A stretch of DNA of 64,000 bases, taken from assembly GCF_006345805.1 (NCBI RefSeq), contig NC_043002.1, positions 806,001 to 870,000 on the forward strand. Reading direction: 5' to 3'. This stretch comes from Octopus sinensis. Taxonomy: Eukaryota. Positions 63,970 to 64,000 of this stretch are shown in pieces. Below the pieces are notes generated by a model. That model saw only the letters and a program-made list of their open reading frames with translations. It was not told the DNA's origin and searched no databases. Position numbers and translations under genes: made by a program. The first letter of the stretch is position 1. Each line of letters opens with the position of its first letter.

Positions 63970-64000
63970 CTGCAAGTCAAATTTCACAGAAGATCAAGTC
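63970..64000 (+). CDS. WDR37: WDR37 coding exon 4, cut by the window end (SASQISQKIK)
   Basis: cttattcag| acceptor. T+CT continues the frame and matches human STSQLSQKLK. Confidence 0.85.
   Translation, partial: MQVKFHRRSS

Overview
AT-rich eukaryotic genomic DNA. Its repeat families (RTE LINEs with (GAT)n tails, tRNA-derived SINEs, (TA)n tracts) point to an octopus or other coleoid cephalopod; this is an inference from repeat content. Most of the window is decayed, often nested transposable elements: several RTE LINE families including a near-complete BovB-like copy, CR1-like LINEs, Gypsy LTR remnants, mariner and pogo DNA transposons, a Helitron-type non-autonomous element and Penelope-like termini. 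One host gene is clear: the first four coding exons of a WDR37 orthologue on the + strand (52548-52699, 56010-56080, 62503-62619, 63970-end), probably transcribed from a CpG-rich island near 31.9-32.8 kb. A second promoter-like island lies near 3.4-4.0 kb. The most unusual observations are RNA-level structures. These are a tandem array of LTR-end plus tRNA-Trp primer-binding-site copies in a non-autonomous LTR element, hammerhead ribozyme folds with palindromic helix III, hairpin-module arrays in RTE 3' UTRs, and long fold-back repeats inside the WDR37 pre-mRNA. Everything was read by eye: TE boundaries are approximate (tens of bp) unless a TSD or TIR is quoted, and no database search was run.
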